64,000 bases of DNA, taken from assembly GCA_026023565.1 (NCBI GenBank), contig JAPETS010000020.1, positions 124,001-188,000 on the forward strand. Reading direction: 5' to 3'. Made by a program: the position numbers and the translations under genes. This DNA comes from Cirrosporium novae-zelandiae. Taxonomy: Eukaryota. The notes under the pieces are model-generated. The model saw only the letters and a program-made list of their open reading frames with translations. It did not search any database and had not been told where the DNA came from. Below, in pieces: positions 63,425 to 64,000 of this stretch (its first letter is position 1; each line of letters opens with the position of its first letter).

Positions 63425-64000
63425 GATGGGCCAGGTGAAGCAATCTAGATGGGCAAAGTATGAGATAACGTAATGAAAACAGTAAACGAATTAATTCCCT
63501 AGGAACTATGCCGATCAAATGAATTGTACATGATTCAATATAACAAGTGTAGCAGTGTGTTTATACGCTGTACGTTGGCGCGGTTATCATGAGACTTGAT
63601 AGTGTTAGTGTCTGATAAGAGAGTGCTTTATTAGAGTCCTGGATTATATATGCACGTAAGGTTTTGCTTTTGTTTTTTGCATTTTTTGTCTCTTTTGCAC
63701 CTGAATTTAGGAGTTTTCTTCTCTAAAACTTGGCCTGGAGAAAAGATGGAATGAATACTTGTCTATGAGTTTGATCTTGCTCAAATGAGCTCTTCTCTGT
63801 TGACTTGTCATGGGAACGGAAGCAAAAGATGGGATGATTAGGAACACATCGACTCTGATTCGCTCAAATATGCGGCTTATATAAGCCCTGAATGCACAGG
63901 CCACCGGTTGACAAGTCCGCCTGTGCTCCCGCAACCAACAAGTTTCCCTTTCCGGCTTGAACGATACTAAACTAAACCTCAGAAATTCTTCCCCCCCATC

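Overview
Intron-containing genomic DNA from a filamentous ascomycete (GT-AG introns with CTRAY branch sites, Zn2Cys6 factors, glutamic peptidase), with about 20 protein-coding genes separated by microsatellite-rich spacers. Recognisable genes: two Zn2Cys6 transcription factors, RRG9/neugrin, an MFS monocarboxylate transporter, a peptidase G1, TSC13, a histidine phosphatase, a tandem-C6 zinc finger protein, PFK2/FBPase2 (FBP26-like), zf-HIT, NFU1, a PSP1-domain protein, Cnl2/NKP2, EAF3, HAUS4, a Ras-like/RasGEF fusion, a BTB protein and ARMH3/DUF1741. No tRNA, rRNA or intact transposon could be supported. The most unusual signals are at the RNA-processing level: (1) a 978-nt, in-frame, stop-free intron in EAF3 encoding a duplicated TRVTRSQS motif whose copies differ only synonymously; (2) a PFK2/FBPase2 gene with a GC-AG intron splitting the catalytic RHG motif and an alternative upstream first exon; (3) a PSP1 leader with about five introns, a 3-nt micro-exon and three uORFs; (4) three copies of a 55-80 bp hairpin-AATAAAA-(ATC)n retroposed element with target-site duplications. 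All exon models were read by eye and lack transcript support.
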